From Eledone cirrhosa (Eukaryota), in the NCBI GenBank assembly GCA_964016885.1, contig OZ024744.1, positions 135,904,001 through 135,968,000 on the forward strand: a stretch of 64,000 bases of DNA, in the 5' to 3' direction. Made by a program: the position numbers and the translations under genes. Shown here piece after piece: positions 1 through 13,500 of the stretch. The notes beneath the pieces are model-generated. The model made no database searches. It saw only the letters and a program-made list of their open reading frames with translations, and was not told the origin of the DNA. The first letter of the stretch is position 1. Each line of letters begins with the position of its first letter.

Positions 1-1575
1 GGAGAGGTGATTGTGTGTGTATAGACAGGGGATGTGTATAGATGAACTGAGAGAGAAACTAGGTTTAACAGGAATCAGATGTAGTGTGTAGGAGAGGAGA
101 CTGTGTTGGTATAGACATGTGATGTGTATGGATGAACTGAGAGAGAAACTAGGTATAAGAGGAATCAGATGTAGTGTGTAGGAGAGGTGACTGTGTTAGT
201 ATAGACATGTGATGAACTGAGAGAGAAACTAGGTATAAGAGGAATCAGATGTAGTGTGTAGGAGAGGAGACTGTGTTGGTATAGACATGTGATGAACAGA
301 GATGAACAAGGTATAAGAGGAATCAGATGTAGTGTGTAGGAGAGGAGACTGTGTTGGTATAGACATGTGATGTGTAATGATGAACTGAGAGAGAAACTAG
401 GTATAAGAGGAATCAGATGTAGTGTGTAGGAGAGGAGACTGTGTTGGTATAGACATGTGATGTGTATGGATGAACTGAGAGAGAAACTAGGTATAAGAAG
501 AATCAGATGTAGTGTGTAGGAGAGGAGACTGTTTGTATAGACATGTGATGTGTATGGATGAACTGGGAGAGAAACTAGGTATAAGAGGAATCAGATGTAG
601 GAGAGGTGATTGTGTTGGTATAGACATGGGATGTGTATAGATGAACTGAGAGAGAAACTAGGTTTAAGAGGAATCAGATGTAGGAGAGGAGACTGTGTTA
701 GTAGAGACATGGATTGTGTATGGATGAACTGAGAAAGAAACTAGGTATAAGACGAATCAGATGTAGGAGAGGAGACTGTTAGTATAGACATGTGATGTGT
801 ATGGATGAACTGAGAGAGAAACTAGGTATAAGAGGAATCAGATGTAGTGTGTAGGAGAGGAGACTGTGTTGGTATAGACATGTGATGTGTATGGATGAAC
901 TGAGAGAGAAACTAGGTATAAGAGGAATCAGATGTAGTGTGTAGGAGAGGAGACTGTGTTGGTATAGACATGTGATGTGTATGGATGAACTGAGAGAGAA
1001 ACTAGTTATAAGAGGAATCAGATGTAGTGTGTAGGAGAGGAGACTGTGTTGGTATAGACATGTGATGAACAGAGATGAACAAGGTATAAGAGGAATCAGA
1101 TGTAGTGTGTAGGAGAGGGGACTGTGTTGGTATAGACATGTGATGTGTAATGATGAACTGAGAGAGAAACTAGTTATAAGAGGAATCAGATGTAGTGTGT
1201 AGGAGAGGAGACTGTGTTGGTATAGACATGTGATGTGTATGGATGAAGTGAGAGGGAAACTAGGTATAAGAGGAATCAGATGTAGTGTGTAGGAGAGAAG
1301 ACTGTGTTTGTATAGATATGTGATGAACAGAGATAAACAAGGTATAAGAGGAATCAGATGTAGTGTGTAGGATAGGAGACTGTGTTTGTATAGACATGGG
1401 ATGTGTATGGATGAACTGAGAGAGAAACTAGGTATAAGAGGAATCAGATATAGGAGAGGAGACTGTGTTGGTATAGACATGTGATGTGTATGGATGAACT
1501 GAGAGAGAAACTAGGTATAAGAGGAATCAGATGTAGGAGAGGAGACTGTGTTGGTATAGACATGTGATGTGTATG

Positions 1576-4500
1576 GATGAACTGAGAGAGAAACTAGGTA
1601 TAAGAGGAATCAGATGTAGGAGAGGAGACTGTGTTGGTATAGACATGTGATGTGTATGGATAAACTGAGAGAGAAACTAGGTATATATAGGAATCAGATG
1701 TAGTGTGTAGGAGAGGAGACTGTGTTGGTATAGACATGTGATGTGTAATGATGAACTGAGAGAGAAACTAGGTATAAGAGGAATCAGATGTAGTGTGTAG
1801 GAGAGTAGACTGTGTTGGTATAGACATGGGATGTGTATGGATGAAGTGAGAGGGAACCTAGGTATAAGAAGAATCAGATGTAGTGTGTAGGATAGGAGAC
1901 TGTGTTGGTATAGACATGTGATGTGTATGGATGAAATGAGAGAGAAACTAGATATAAGAGGAATCAGATGTAGTGTGTAGGAGAGAAGACTGTGTTTGTA
2001 TAGACATGGGATGTGTATGGATGAAGTGAGAGGGAAACTAGGTATAAGAAGAATCAGATGTAGTGTGTAGGAGAGGAGACTGTTTGTATAGACATGTGAT
2101 GTGTATGGATGAACTGAGAGAGAAACTAGGTATAAGAGGAATCAGATGTAGTGTGTAGGAGAGGAGACTGTGTTGGTATAGGCATGTGATGTGTATGGAT
2201 AAACTGAGAGAGAAACTAGGTATAAGAGGAATCAGATGTAGTGTGTAGGAGAGGAGACTGTGTTGGTATAGACATATGATGTGTATGGATGAAGTGAGAG
2301 AGAAACTAGGTATGAGAAAAATCAGATGTAGTGTGTAGGAGAGGAGACTGTTTGTATAGACATGTGATATGTATGGATGAACTGGGAGAGAAACTAGGTA
2401 TAAGAGGAATCAGATGTAGGAGAGGTGATTGTGTTGGTATAGACATGGGATGCGTATAGATGAACTGAGAGAGAAACTAGGTTTAAGAGGAATCAGATGT
2501 AGGAGAGGAGACTGTGTTTGTATAGACATGTGATGTGTATGGATGAACTGAGAGAGAAACTAGGTTTAAGAGGAATCAGATGTAGGAGAGGAGACTGTGT
2601 TAGTAGAGACATGGAATGTGTATGGATGAACTGAGAAAGAATCTAGGTATATGAGGAATCAGATGTAGGAGAGGAGACTGTTAGTATAGACATGGGATGT
2701 GTATGGATGAACTGAGAGAGAAACTAGGTATAAGAGGAATCAGATGTAGGAGAGGAGACTGTGTTGGTATAGACATGTGATGTGTATGGATGAACTGAGA
2801 GAGAAACTAGGTATAAGAGGAATCAGATATAGTGTGTAGGAGAGGAGACTGTGTTGGTATAGACATGTGATGTGTATAGATGAACTGAGAGAGAAACTAG
2901 TTATAAGAGGAATCAGATGTAGGAGAGGTGATTGTGTGGGTATAGACAGGGGATGTGTATAGATGAACTGAGAGAGAAACTAGGTTTAACAGGAATCAGA
3001 TGTAGTGTGTAGGAGAGGAGACTGTGTTGGTATAGACATGTGATGTGTATGGATGAACTGAGAGAGAAACTAGGTATAAGAGGAATCAGATGTAGTGTGT
3101 AGGAGAGGAGACTGTGTTGGTATAGACATGTGATGTGTATGGATGAAGTGAGAGAGAAACTAGGTATGAGAAGAATCAGATGTAGTGTGTAGGAGAGGAG
3201 ACTGTTTGTATAGACATGTGATGTGTATGTATGAACTGGGAGAGAAACTAGGTATAAGAGGAATCAGATGTAGGAGAGGTGATTGTGTTGGTATAGACAT
3301 GGGATGTGTATAGATGAATTGAGAGAGAAACTAGGTTTAAGAGGAATCAGATGTAGTGTGTAGGAGAGGAGACTGTGTTGGTATAGACATGTGATGTGTA
3401 TGGATGAAGTGAGAGAGAAACTAGGTATGAGAAGAATCAGATGTAGTGTGTAGGAGAGGAGACTGTGTTTGTATAGACATGTGATGTGTATGGATGAACT
3501 GAGTGAGAAACTAGGTTTAAGAGGAATCAGATGTAGTGTGTAGGAGAGGAGACTGTGTTGGTATAGACATGTGATGTGTATGGATGAAGTGAGAGAGAAA
3601 CTAGGTATGAGAAGAATCAGATGTAGTGTGTAGGAGAGGAGACTGTGTTTGTATAGACATGTGATGTGTATGGATGAACTGAGAGAGAAACTAGGTTTAA
3701 GAGGAATCAGATGTAGTGTGTAGGAGAGGAGACTGTGTTGGTATAGACATGTGATGTGTATGGATGAAGTGAGAGAGAAACTAGGTATGAGAAGAATCAG
3801 ATGTAGTGTGTAGGAGAGGAGACTGTGTTTGTATAGACATGTGATGTGTATGGATGAACTGAGAGAGAAACTAGGTTTAAGAGGAATCAGATGTAGTGTG
3901 TAGGAGAGGAGACTGTGTTGGTATAGACATGTGATGTGTATGGATGAAGTGAGAGAGAAACTAGGTATGAGAAGAATCAGATGTAGTGTGTAGGAGAGGA
4001 GACTGTGTTTGTATAGACATGTGATGTGTATGGATGAACTGAGAGAGAAACTAGGTTTAAGAGGAATCAGATGTAGTGTGTAGGAGAGGAGACTGTGTTG
4101 GTATAGACATGTGATGTGTATGGATGAAGTGAGAGAGAAACTGGGTATGAGAAGAATCAGATGTAGTGTGTAGGAGAGGAGACTGTGTTTGTATAGACAT
4201 GTGATGTGTATGGATGAACTGAGAGAGAAACTAGGTTTAAGAGGAATCAGATGTAGGAGAGGAGACTGTGTTAGTAGAGACATGGAATGTGTATGTATGA
4301 ACTGAGAAAGAAACTAGGTATAAGACGAATCAGATGTAGGAGAGGAGACTGTTAGTATAGACATGGGATGTGTATGGATGAACTGAGATGGAAACTAGGT
4401 ATAAGAGGAATCAGATGTAGGAGAGGAGACTGTGTTGGTATAGACATGTGATGTGTATGGATGAACTGAGAGAGAAACTAGGTATAAGAGGAATCAGATA

Positions 4501-7500
4501 TAGTGTGTAGGAGAGGAGACTGTGTTGGTATAGACATGTGATGTGTATAGATGAACTGAGAGAGAAACTAGTTATAAGAGGAATCAGATGTAGGAGAGGT
4601 GATTGTGTGGGTATAGACAGGGGATGTGTATAGATGAACTGAGAGAGAAACTAGGTTTAACAGGAATCAGATGTAGTGTGTAGGAGAGGAGACTGTGTTG
4701 GTATAGACATGTGATGTGTATGGATGAACTGAGAGAGAAACTAGGTATAAGAGGAATCAGATGTAGTGTGTAGGAGAGGAGACTGTGTTGGTATAGACAT
4801 GTGATGTGTATGGATGAAGTGAGAGAGAAACTAGGTATGAGAAGAATCAGATGTAGTGTGTAGGCGAGGAGACTGTTTGTATCGACATGTGATGTGTATG
4901 TATGAACTGGGAGAGAAACTAGGTATAAGAGGAATCAGATGTAGGAGAGGTCATTGTGTTGGTATAGACATGGGATGTGTATAGATGAACTGAGAGAGAA
5001 ACTAGGTTTAAGAGGAATCAGATGTAGGAGAGGAGACTGTGTTTGTATAGACATGTGATGTGAATGGATGAACTGACAGAGAAACTAGGTATAAGAGGAA
5101 TCAGATGTAGGAGAGGAGACTGTTAGTATAGACATGGGATGTGTATGGATGAACTGAGAGAGAAACTAGGTATAAGAGGAATCAGATGTAGGACAGGAGA
5201 CTGTGTTGGTATAGACAGGGGATGTGTATGGATGAACTAAGAAAGAAACTATGAATAACAGGAATCAGATGTAGTGTGTAGGAGAGGAGACTGTGTTTGT
5301 ATAGACATGTGATGTGTATGGATGAACTGAGAGAGAAACTAGTTATAAGAGGAATCAGATGTAGGAGAGGTGATTGTGTGGGTATGGACAGGGGATGTGT
5401 ATGGATGAACTGAGAGAGAAACTAGGTTTAACAGGAATCAGATGTAGTGTGTAGGAGAGGAGACTGTGTTGGTATAGACATGTGATGTGTATGGATGAAC
5501 TGAGAGATAAACAAGGTAAAAGAGGAATCAGATGTAGTGTGTAGGAGAGGAGACTGTGTTGGTATAGATATGTGATGAACAGAGATAAACAAGGTATAAG
5601 AGGAATCAGATGTAGTGTGTAGGATAGGAGACTGTGTTTGTATAGACATGGGATGTGTATGGATGAACTGAGAGAGAAACTAGGTATAAGAGGAATCAGA
5701 TATAGGAGAGGAGACTGTGTTGGTATAGACATGTGATGTGTATGGATGAACTGAGAGAGAAACTAGGTATAAGAGGAATCAGATGTAGGAGAGGAGACTG
5801 TGTTGGTATAGACATGTGATGTGTATGGATGAACTGAGAGAGAAACTAGGTATAAGAGGAATCAGATGTAGGAGAGGAGACTGTGTTGGTATAGACATGT
5901 GATGTGTATGGATAAACTGAGAGAGAAACTAGGTATATATAGGAATCAGATGTAGTGTGTAGGAGAGGAGACTGTGTTGGTATAGACATGTGATGTGTAA
6001 TGATGAACTGAGAGAGAAACTAGGTATAAGAGGAATCAGATGTAGTGTGTAGGAGAGTAGACTGTGTTGGTATAGACATGGGATGTGTATGGATGAAGTG
6101 AGAGGGAACCTAGGTATAAGAAGAATCAGATGTAGTGTGTAGGAGAGGAGACTGTTTGTATAGACATGTGATGTGTATGGATGAACTGAGAGAGAAACTA
6201 GGTATAAGAGGAATCAGATGTAGTGTGTAGGAGAGGAGACTGTGTTGGTATAGGCATGTGATGTGTATGGATAAACTGAGAAAGAAACTAGGTATAAGAG
6301 GAATCAGATGTAGTGTGTAGGAGAGGAGACTGTGTTGGTATAGACATGTGATGTGTATGGATGAAGTGAGAGAGAAACTAGGTATGAGAAGAATCAGATG
6401 TAGTGTGTAGGAGAGGAGACTGTTTGTATAGACATGTGATGTGTATGTATGAACTGGGAGAGAAACTAGGTATAAGAGGAATCAGATGTAGGAGAGGTGA
6501 TTGTGTTGGTATAGACATGGGATGTGTATAGATGAACTGAGAGAGAAACTAGGTTTAAGAGGAATCAGATGTAGGAGAGGAGACTGTGTTTCTATAGACA
6601 CGTGATGTGTATGGATGAACTGAGACAGAAACTAGGTTTAAGAGGAATCAGATGTAGGAGAGGAGAATGTGTTAGTAGAGACATGGAATGTGTATGGATG
6701 AACTGAGAAAGAAACTAGGTATAAGAGGAATCAGATGTAGGAGGGGAGACTGTGTTATTATAGACATGGGATGTGTATGGATGAACTGAGAGAGAAACTA
6801 GGTATAAGAGGAATCAGATGTAGTGTGTAGGAGAGGAGACTGTGTTGGTATAGGCATGGGATGTGTATGGATGAAGTGAGAGGGAAACTAGGTAGGAGAA
6901 GAATCAGATGTAGTGTGTAGGAGAGGGGACTGTTTGTATAGACATGTGATGTGTATGGATGAACTGAGAGAGAAACTAGGTATAAGAGGAATCAGATGTA
7001 GTGTGTAGGAGAGGAGACTGTGTTGGTATAGACATATGATGTGTATGGATGAAGTGAGAGAGAAACTAGGTATGAGAAGAATCAGATGTAGTGTGTAGGA
7101 GAGGAGACTGTTTGTATAGACATGTGATGTGTATGGATGAACTGAGAGAGAAACTAGGTATAAGAAGAATCAGATGTAGTGTGTAGGAGAGGAGACTGTT
7201 TGTATAGACATGTGATGTGTATGGATGAACTGGGAGAGAAACTAGGTATAAGAGGAATCAGATGTAGGAGAGGTGATTGTGTTGGTATAGACATGGGATG
7301 TGTATAGATGAACTGAGAGAGAAACTAGGTTTAAGAGGAATCAGATGTAGGAGAGGAGACTGTGTTTGTATAGACATGTGATGTGTATGGATGAACTGAG
7401 AGAGAAACTAGGTTTAAGTGGAATCAGATGTAGGAGAGGAGACTGTGTTAGTAGAGACATGGAATGTGTATGGATGAACTGAGAAAGAAACTAGGTATAA

Positions 7501-10500
7501 GACGAATCAGATGTAGGAGAGGAGACTGTTAGGATAGACATGGGATGTGTATGGATGAACTGAGAGAGAAACTAGGTATAAGAGGAATCAGATGTAGGAG
7601 AGGAGACTGTGTTGGTATAGACATGTGATGTGTATGGATGAACTGAGAGAGAATCTAGGTATAAGAGGAATCAGATAGAGTGTGTAGGAGAGGAGACTGT
7701 GTTGGTATAGACATGTGATGTGTATAGATGAACTGAGAGAGAAACTAGTTATAAGAGGAATCAGATGTAGGAGAGGTGATTGTGTGGGTATAGACAGGGG
7801 ATGTGTATAGATGAACTGAGAGAGAAACTAGGTTTAACAGGAATCAGATGTAGGAGAGGAGACTGTTTGTATAGACATGTGATGTGTATGGATGAACTGA
7901 GAGAGAAACTAGGTATATATAGGAATCAGATGTAGTGTGTAGGAGAGGAGACTGTGTTGGTATAGACATGTGATGTGTATGGATGAACTGAGAGAGAAAC
8001 TAGGTATAAGAGGAATCAGATGTAGTGTGTAGGAGAGGAGACTGTGTTGGTATAGACATGTGATGTGTATGGATGAAGTGAGAGAGAAACTAGGTATGAG
8101 AAGAATCAGATGTAGTGTGTAGGAGAGGAGACTGTTTGTATAGACATGTGATGTGTATGTATGAACTGGGAGAGAAACTAGGTATAAGAGGAATCAGATG
8201 TAGGAGAGGTGATTGTGTTGGTATAGACATGGGATGTGTATAGATGAACTGACAGAGAAACTAGGTTTAAGAGGAATCAGATGTAGGAGAGGAGAATGTG
8301 TTAGTAGAGACATGGAATGTGTATGGATGAACTGAGAGAGAAACTAGGTATAAGAGGAATCAGATGTAGGAGAGGAGACTGTTAGTATAGACATGGGATG
8401 TGTATGGATGAACTGAGAGAGAAACTAGGTATAAGAGGAATCAGATGTAGGAGAGGAGACTGTTAGTATAGACATGGGATGTGTATGGATGAACTGAGAG
8501 AGAAACTAGGTATAAGAGGAATCAGATGTAGGAGAGCAGACTGTGTTGGTATAGACATGTGATGTGTATGGATGAACTGAGAGAGAAACTAGGTATAAGA
8601 GGAGTCAGATGTAGTGTGTAGGAGAGGAGACTGTGTTGGTATAGACATGTGATGTGTATGGATGAACTGAGAGAGAAACTAATTATAAGAGGGATCAGAT
8701 GTAGGAGAGGTGATTGTTTGGGTATAGACATGGGAGGTGTATAGATGAACTGAGAGAGAAACTAGGTATAAGAGGAATCAGATGTAGTGTGTAGGATAGG
8801 AGACTGTGTTGGTATAGACATGTGATGTGTATGGATGAAATGAGAGAGAAACTAGGTATAAGAGGAATCAGATGTAGTGTGTAGGAGAGAAGACTGTGTT
8901 TGTATAGACATGGGATGTGTATGGATGAAGTGAGAGGGAAACTAGGTATAAGAAGAATCAGATGTAGTGTGTAGGAGAGGAGACTGTTTGTATAGACATG
9001 TGATGTGTATGGATGAACTGAGAGAGAAACTAGGTATAAGAGGAATCAGATGTAGTGTGTAGGAGAGGAGACTGTGTTGGTATAGGCATGTGATGTGTAT
9101 GGATAAACTGAGAGAGAAACTAGGTATAAGAGGAATCAGATGTAGTGTGTAGGAGAGGAGACTGTGTTGGTATAGACTTATGATGTGTATGGATGAAGTG
9201 AGAGAGAAACTAGGTATGAGAAAAATCAGATGTAGTGTGTAGGAGAGGAGACTGTTTGTATAGACATGTGATGTGTATGGATGAACTGAGAGAGAAACTA
9301 GGTATAAGAAGAATCAGATGTAGTGTGTAGGAGAGGAGACTGTTTGTATAGACATGTGATATGTATGGATGAACTGGGAGAGAAACTAGGTATAAGAGGA
9401 ATCAGATGTAGGAGAGGTGATTGTGTTGGTATAGACATGGGATGCGTATAGATGAACTGAGAGAGAAACTAGGTTTAAGAGGAATCAGATGTAGGAGAGG
9501 AGACTGTGTTTGTATAGACATGTGATGTGTATGGATGAACTGAGAGAGAAACTAGGTTTAAGAGGAATCAGATGTAGGAGAGGAGACTGTGTTAGTAGAG
9601 ACATGGAATGTGTATGGATGAACTGAGAAAGAATCTAGGTATATGAGGAATCAGATGTAGGAGAGGAGACTGTTAGTATAGACATGGGATGTGTATGGAT
9701 GAACTGAGAGAGAAACTAGGTATAAGAGGAATCAGATGTAGGAGAGGAGACTGTGTTGGTATAGACATGTGATGTGTATGGATGAACTGAGAGAGAAACT
9801 AGGTATAAGAGGAATCAGATATAGTGTGTAGGAGAGGAGACTGTGTTGGTATAGACATGTGATGTGTATAGATGAACTGAGAGAGAAACTAGTTATAAGA
9901 GGAATCAGATGTAGGAGAGGTGATTGTGTGTGTATAGACAGGGGATGTGTATAGATGAACTGAGAGAGAAACTAGGTTTAACAGGAATCAGATGTAGTGT
10001 GTAGGAGAGGAGACTGTGTTGGTATAGACATGTGATGTGTATGGATGAACTGAGAGAGAAACTAGGTATAAGAGGAATCAGATGTAGTGTGTAGGAGAGG
10101 TGACTGTGTTAGTATAGACATGTGATGAACTGAGAGAGAAACTAGGTATAAGAGGAATCAGATGTAGTGTGTAAGAGAGGAGACTGTGTTGGTATAGACA
10201 TGTGATGAACAGAGATGAACTGAGAGAGAAACTAGGTATAAGAGGAATCAGATGTAGTGTGTAGGAGAGGAGACTGTCTTGCTATAGACATGTGATGTGT
10301 ATAGATGAACTGAGAGAGAAACTAGGTATAAGAGGAATCAGAAGTAGTGTGTAGGAGAGGAGACTGTGTTGGTATAGACATGTGATGTGTAATGATGAAC
10401 TGAGAGAGAAACTAGGTATAAGAGGAATCAGATGTAGTGTGTAGGAGAGGAGACTGTGTTGGTATAGACATGTGATGTGTATGGATGAACTGAGAGAGAA

Positions 10501-13500
10501 ACTAGGTATAAGAGGAATCAGATGTAGTGTGTAGGAGAGGAGACTGTGTTGGTATAGACATGTGATGTGTATGGATGAACTGAGAGAGAAACTAGGTATA
10601 AGAGGAATCAGATGTAGTGTGTAGGAGAGAAGATTGTGTTTGTATAGACATGGGATGTGTATGGATGAAGTGAGAGGGAAACTAGGTATAAGAAGAATCA
10701 GATGTAGTGTGTAGGAGAGGAGACTGTTTGTATAGACATGTGATGTGTATGGATGAACTGAGAGAGAAACTAGGTATAAGAAGAATCAGATGTAGTGTGT
10801 AGGAGAGGAGACTGTGTTGGTATAGACATGTGATGTGTATGGATGGACTGGGAGAGAAACTAGGTATAAGAGGAATCAGATGTAGGAGAGGTGATTGTGT
10901 TGGTATAGACATGGGATGTGTATAGATGAACTGAGAGAGAAACTAGGTATAAGAGGAATCAGATGTAGGAGAGGAGACTGTGTTGGTATAGACATGTGAT
11001 GTGTATGGATAAACTGAGAGAGAAACTAGGTATATATAGGAATCAGATGTAGTGTGTAGGAGAGGAGACTGTGTTGGTATAGACATGTGATGTGTAATGA
11101 TGAACTGAGAGAGAAACTAGGTATAAGAGGAATCAGATGTAGTGTGTAGGAGAGTAGACTGTGTTGGTATAGACATGGGATGTGTATGGATGAAGTGAGA
11201 GGGAACCTAGGTATAAGAAGAATCAGATGTAGTGTGTAGGATAGGAGACTGTGTTGGTATAGACATGTGATGTGTATGGATGAAATGAGAGAGAAACTAG
11301 ATATAAGAGGAATCAGATGTAGTGTGTAGGAGAGAAGACTGTGTTTGTATAGACATGGGATGTGTATGGATGAAGTGAGAGGGAAACTAGGTATAAGAAG
11401 AATCAGATGTAGTGTGTAGGAGAGGAGACTGTTTGTATAGACATGTGATGTGTATGGATGAACTGAGAGAGAAACTAGGTATAAGAGGAATCAGATGTAG
11501 TGTGTAGGAGAGGAGACTGTGTTGGTATAGGCATGTGATGTGTATGGATAAACTGAGAGAGAAACTAGGTATAAGAGGAATCAGATGTAGTGTGTAGGAG
11601 AGGAGACTGTGTTGGTATAGACATATGATGTGTATGGATGAAGTGAGAGAGAAACTAGGTATGAGAAAAATCAGATGTAGTGTGTAGGAGAGGAGACTGT
11701 TTGTATAGACATGTGATATGTATGGATGAACTGGGAGAGAAACTAGGTATAAGAGGAATCAGATGTAGGAGAGGTGATTGTGTTGGTATAGACATGGGAT
11801 GCGTATAGATGAACTGAGAGAGAAACTAGGTTTAAGAGGAATCAGATGTAGGAGAGGAGACTGTGTTTGTATAGACATGTGATGTGTATGGATGAACTGA
11901 GAGAGAAACTAGGTTTAAGAGGAATCAGATGTAGGAGAGGAGACTGTGTTAGTAGAGACATGGAATGTGTATGGATGAACTGAGAAAGAATCTAGGTATA
12001 TGAGGAATCAGATGTAGGAGAGGAGACTGTTAGTATAGACATGGGATGTGTATGGATGAACTGAGAGAGAAACTAGGTATAAGAGGAATCAGATGTAGGA
12101 GAGGAGACTGTGTTGGTATAGACATGTGATGTGTATGGATGAACTGAGAGAGAAACTAGGTATAAGAGGAATCAGATATAGTGTGTAGGAGAGGAGACTG
12201 TGTTGGTATAGACATGTGATGTGTATAGATGAACTGAGAGAGAAACTAGTTATAAGAGGAATCAGATGTAGGAGAGGTGATTGTGTGGGTATAGACAGGG
12301 GATGTGTATAGATGAACTGAGAGAGAAACTAGGTTTAACAGGAATCAGATGTAGTGTGTAGGAGAGGAGACTGTGTTGGTATAGACATGTGATGTGTATG
12401 GATGAACTGAGAGAGAAACTAGGTATAAGAGGAATCAGATGTAGTGTGTAGGAGAGGAGACTGTGTTGGTATAGACATGTGATGTGTATGGATGAAGTGA
12501 GAGAGAAACTAGGTATGAGAAGAATCAGATGTAGTGTGTAGGAGAGGAGACTGTTTGTATAGACATGTGATGTGTATGTATGAACTGGGAGAGAAACTAG
12601 GTATAAGAGGAATCAGATGTAGGAGAGGTGATTGTGTTGGTATAGACATGGGATGTGTATAGATGAATTGAGAGAGAAACTAGGTTTAAGAGGAATCAGA
12701 TGTAGTGTGTAGGAGAGGAGACTGTGTTGGTATAGACATGTGATGTGTATGGATGAAGTGAGAGAGAAACTAGGTATGAGAAGAATCAGATGTAGTGTGT
12801 AGGAGAGGAGACTGTGTTTGTATAGACATGTGATGTGTATGGATGAACTGAGTGAGAAACTAGGTTTAAGAGGAATCAGATGTAGTGTGTAGGAGAGGAG
12901 ACTGTGTTGGTATAGACATGTGATGTGTATGGATGAAGTGAGAGAGAAACTAGGTATGAGAAGAATCAGATGTAGTGTGTAGGAGAGGAGACTGTGTTTG
13001 TATAGACATGTGATGTGTATGGATGAACTGAGAGAGAAACTAGGTTTAAGAGGAATCAGATGTAGTGTGTAGGAGAGGAGACTGTGTTGGTATAGACATG
13101 TGATGTGTATGGATGAAGTGAGAGAGAAACTAGGTATGAGAAGAATCAGATGTAGTGTGTAGGAGAGGAGACTGTGTTTGTATAGACATGTGATGTGTAT
13201 GGATGAACTGAGAGAGAAACTAGGTTTAAGAGGAATCAGATGTAGTGTGTAGGAGAGGAGACTGTGTTGGTATAGACATGTGATGTGTATGGATGAAGTG
13301 AGAGAGAAACTAGGTATGAGAAGAATCAGATGTAGTGTGTAGGAGAGGAGACTGTGTTTGTATAGACATGTGATGTGTATGGATGAACTGAGAGAGAAAC
13401 TAGGTTTAAGAGGAATCAGATGTAGTGTGTAGGAGAGGAGACTGTGTTGGTATAGACATGTGATGTGTATGGATGAAGTGAGAGAGAAACTGGGTATGAG

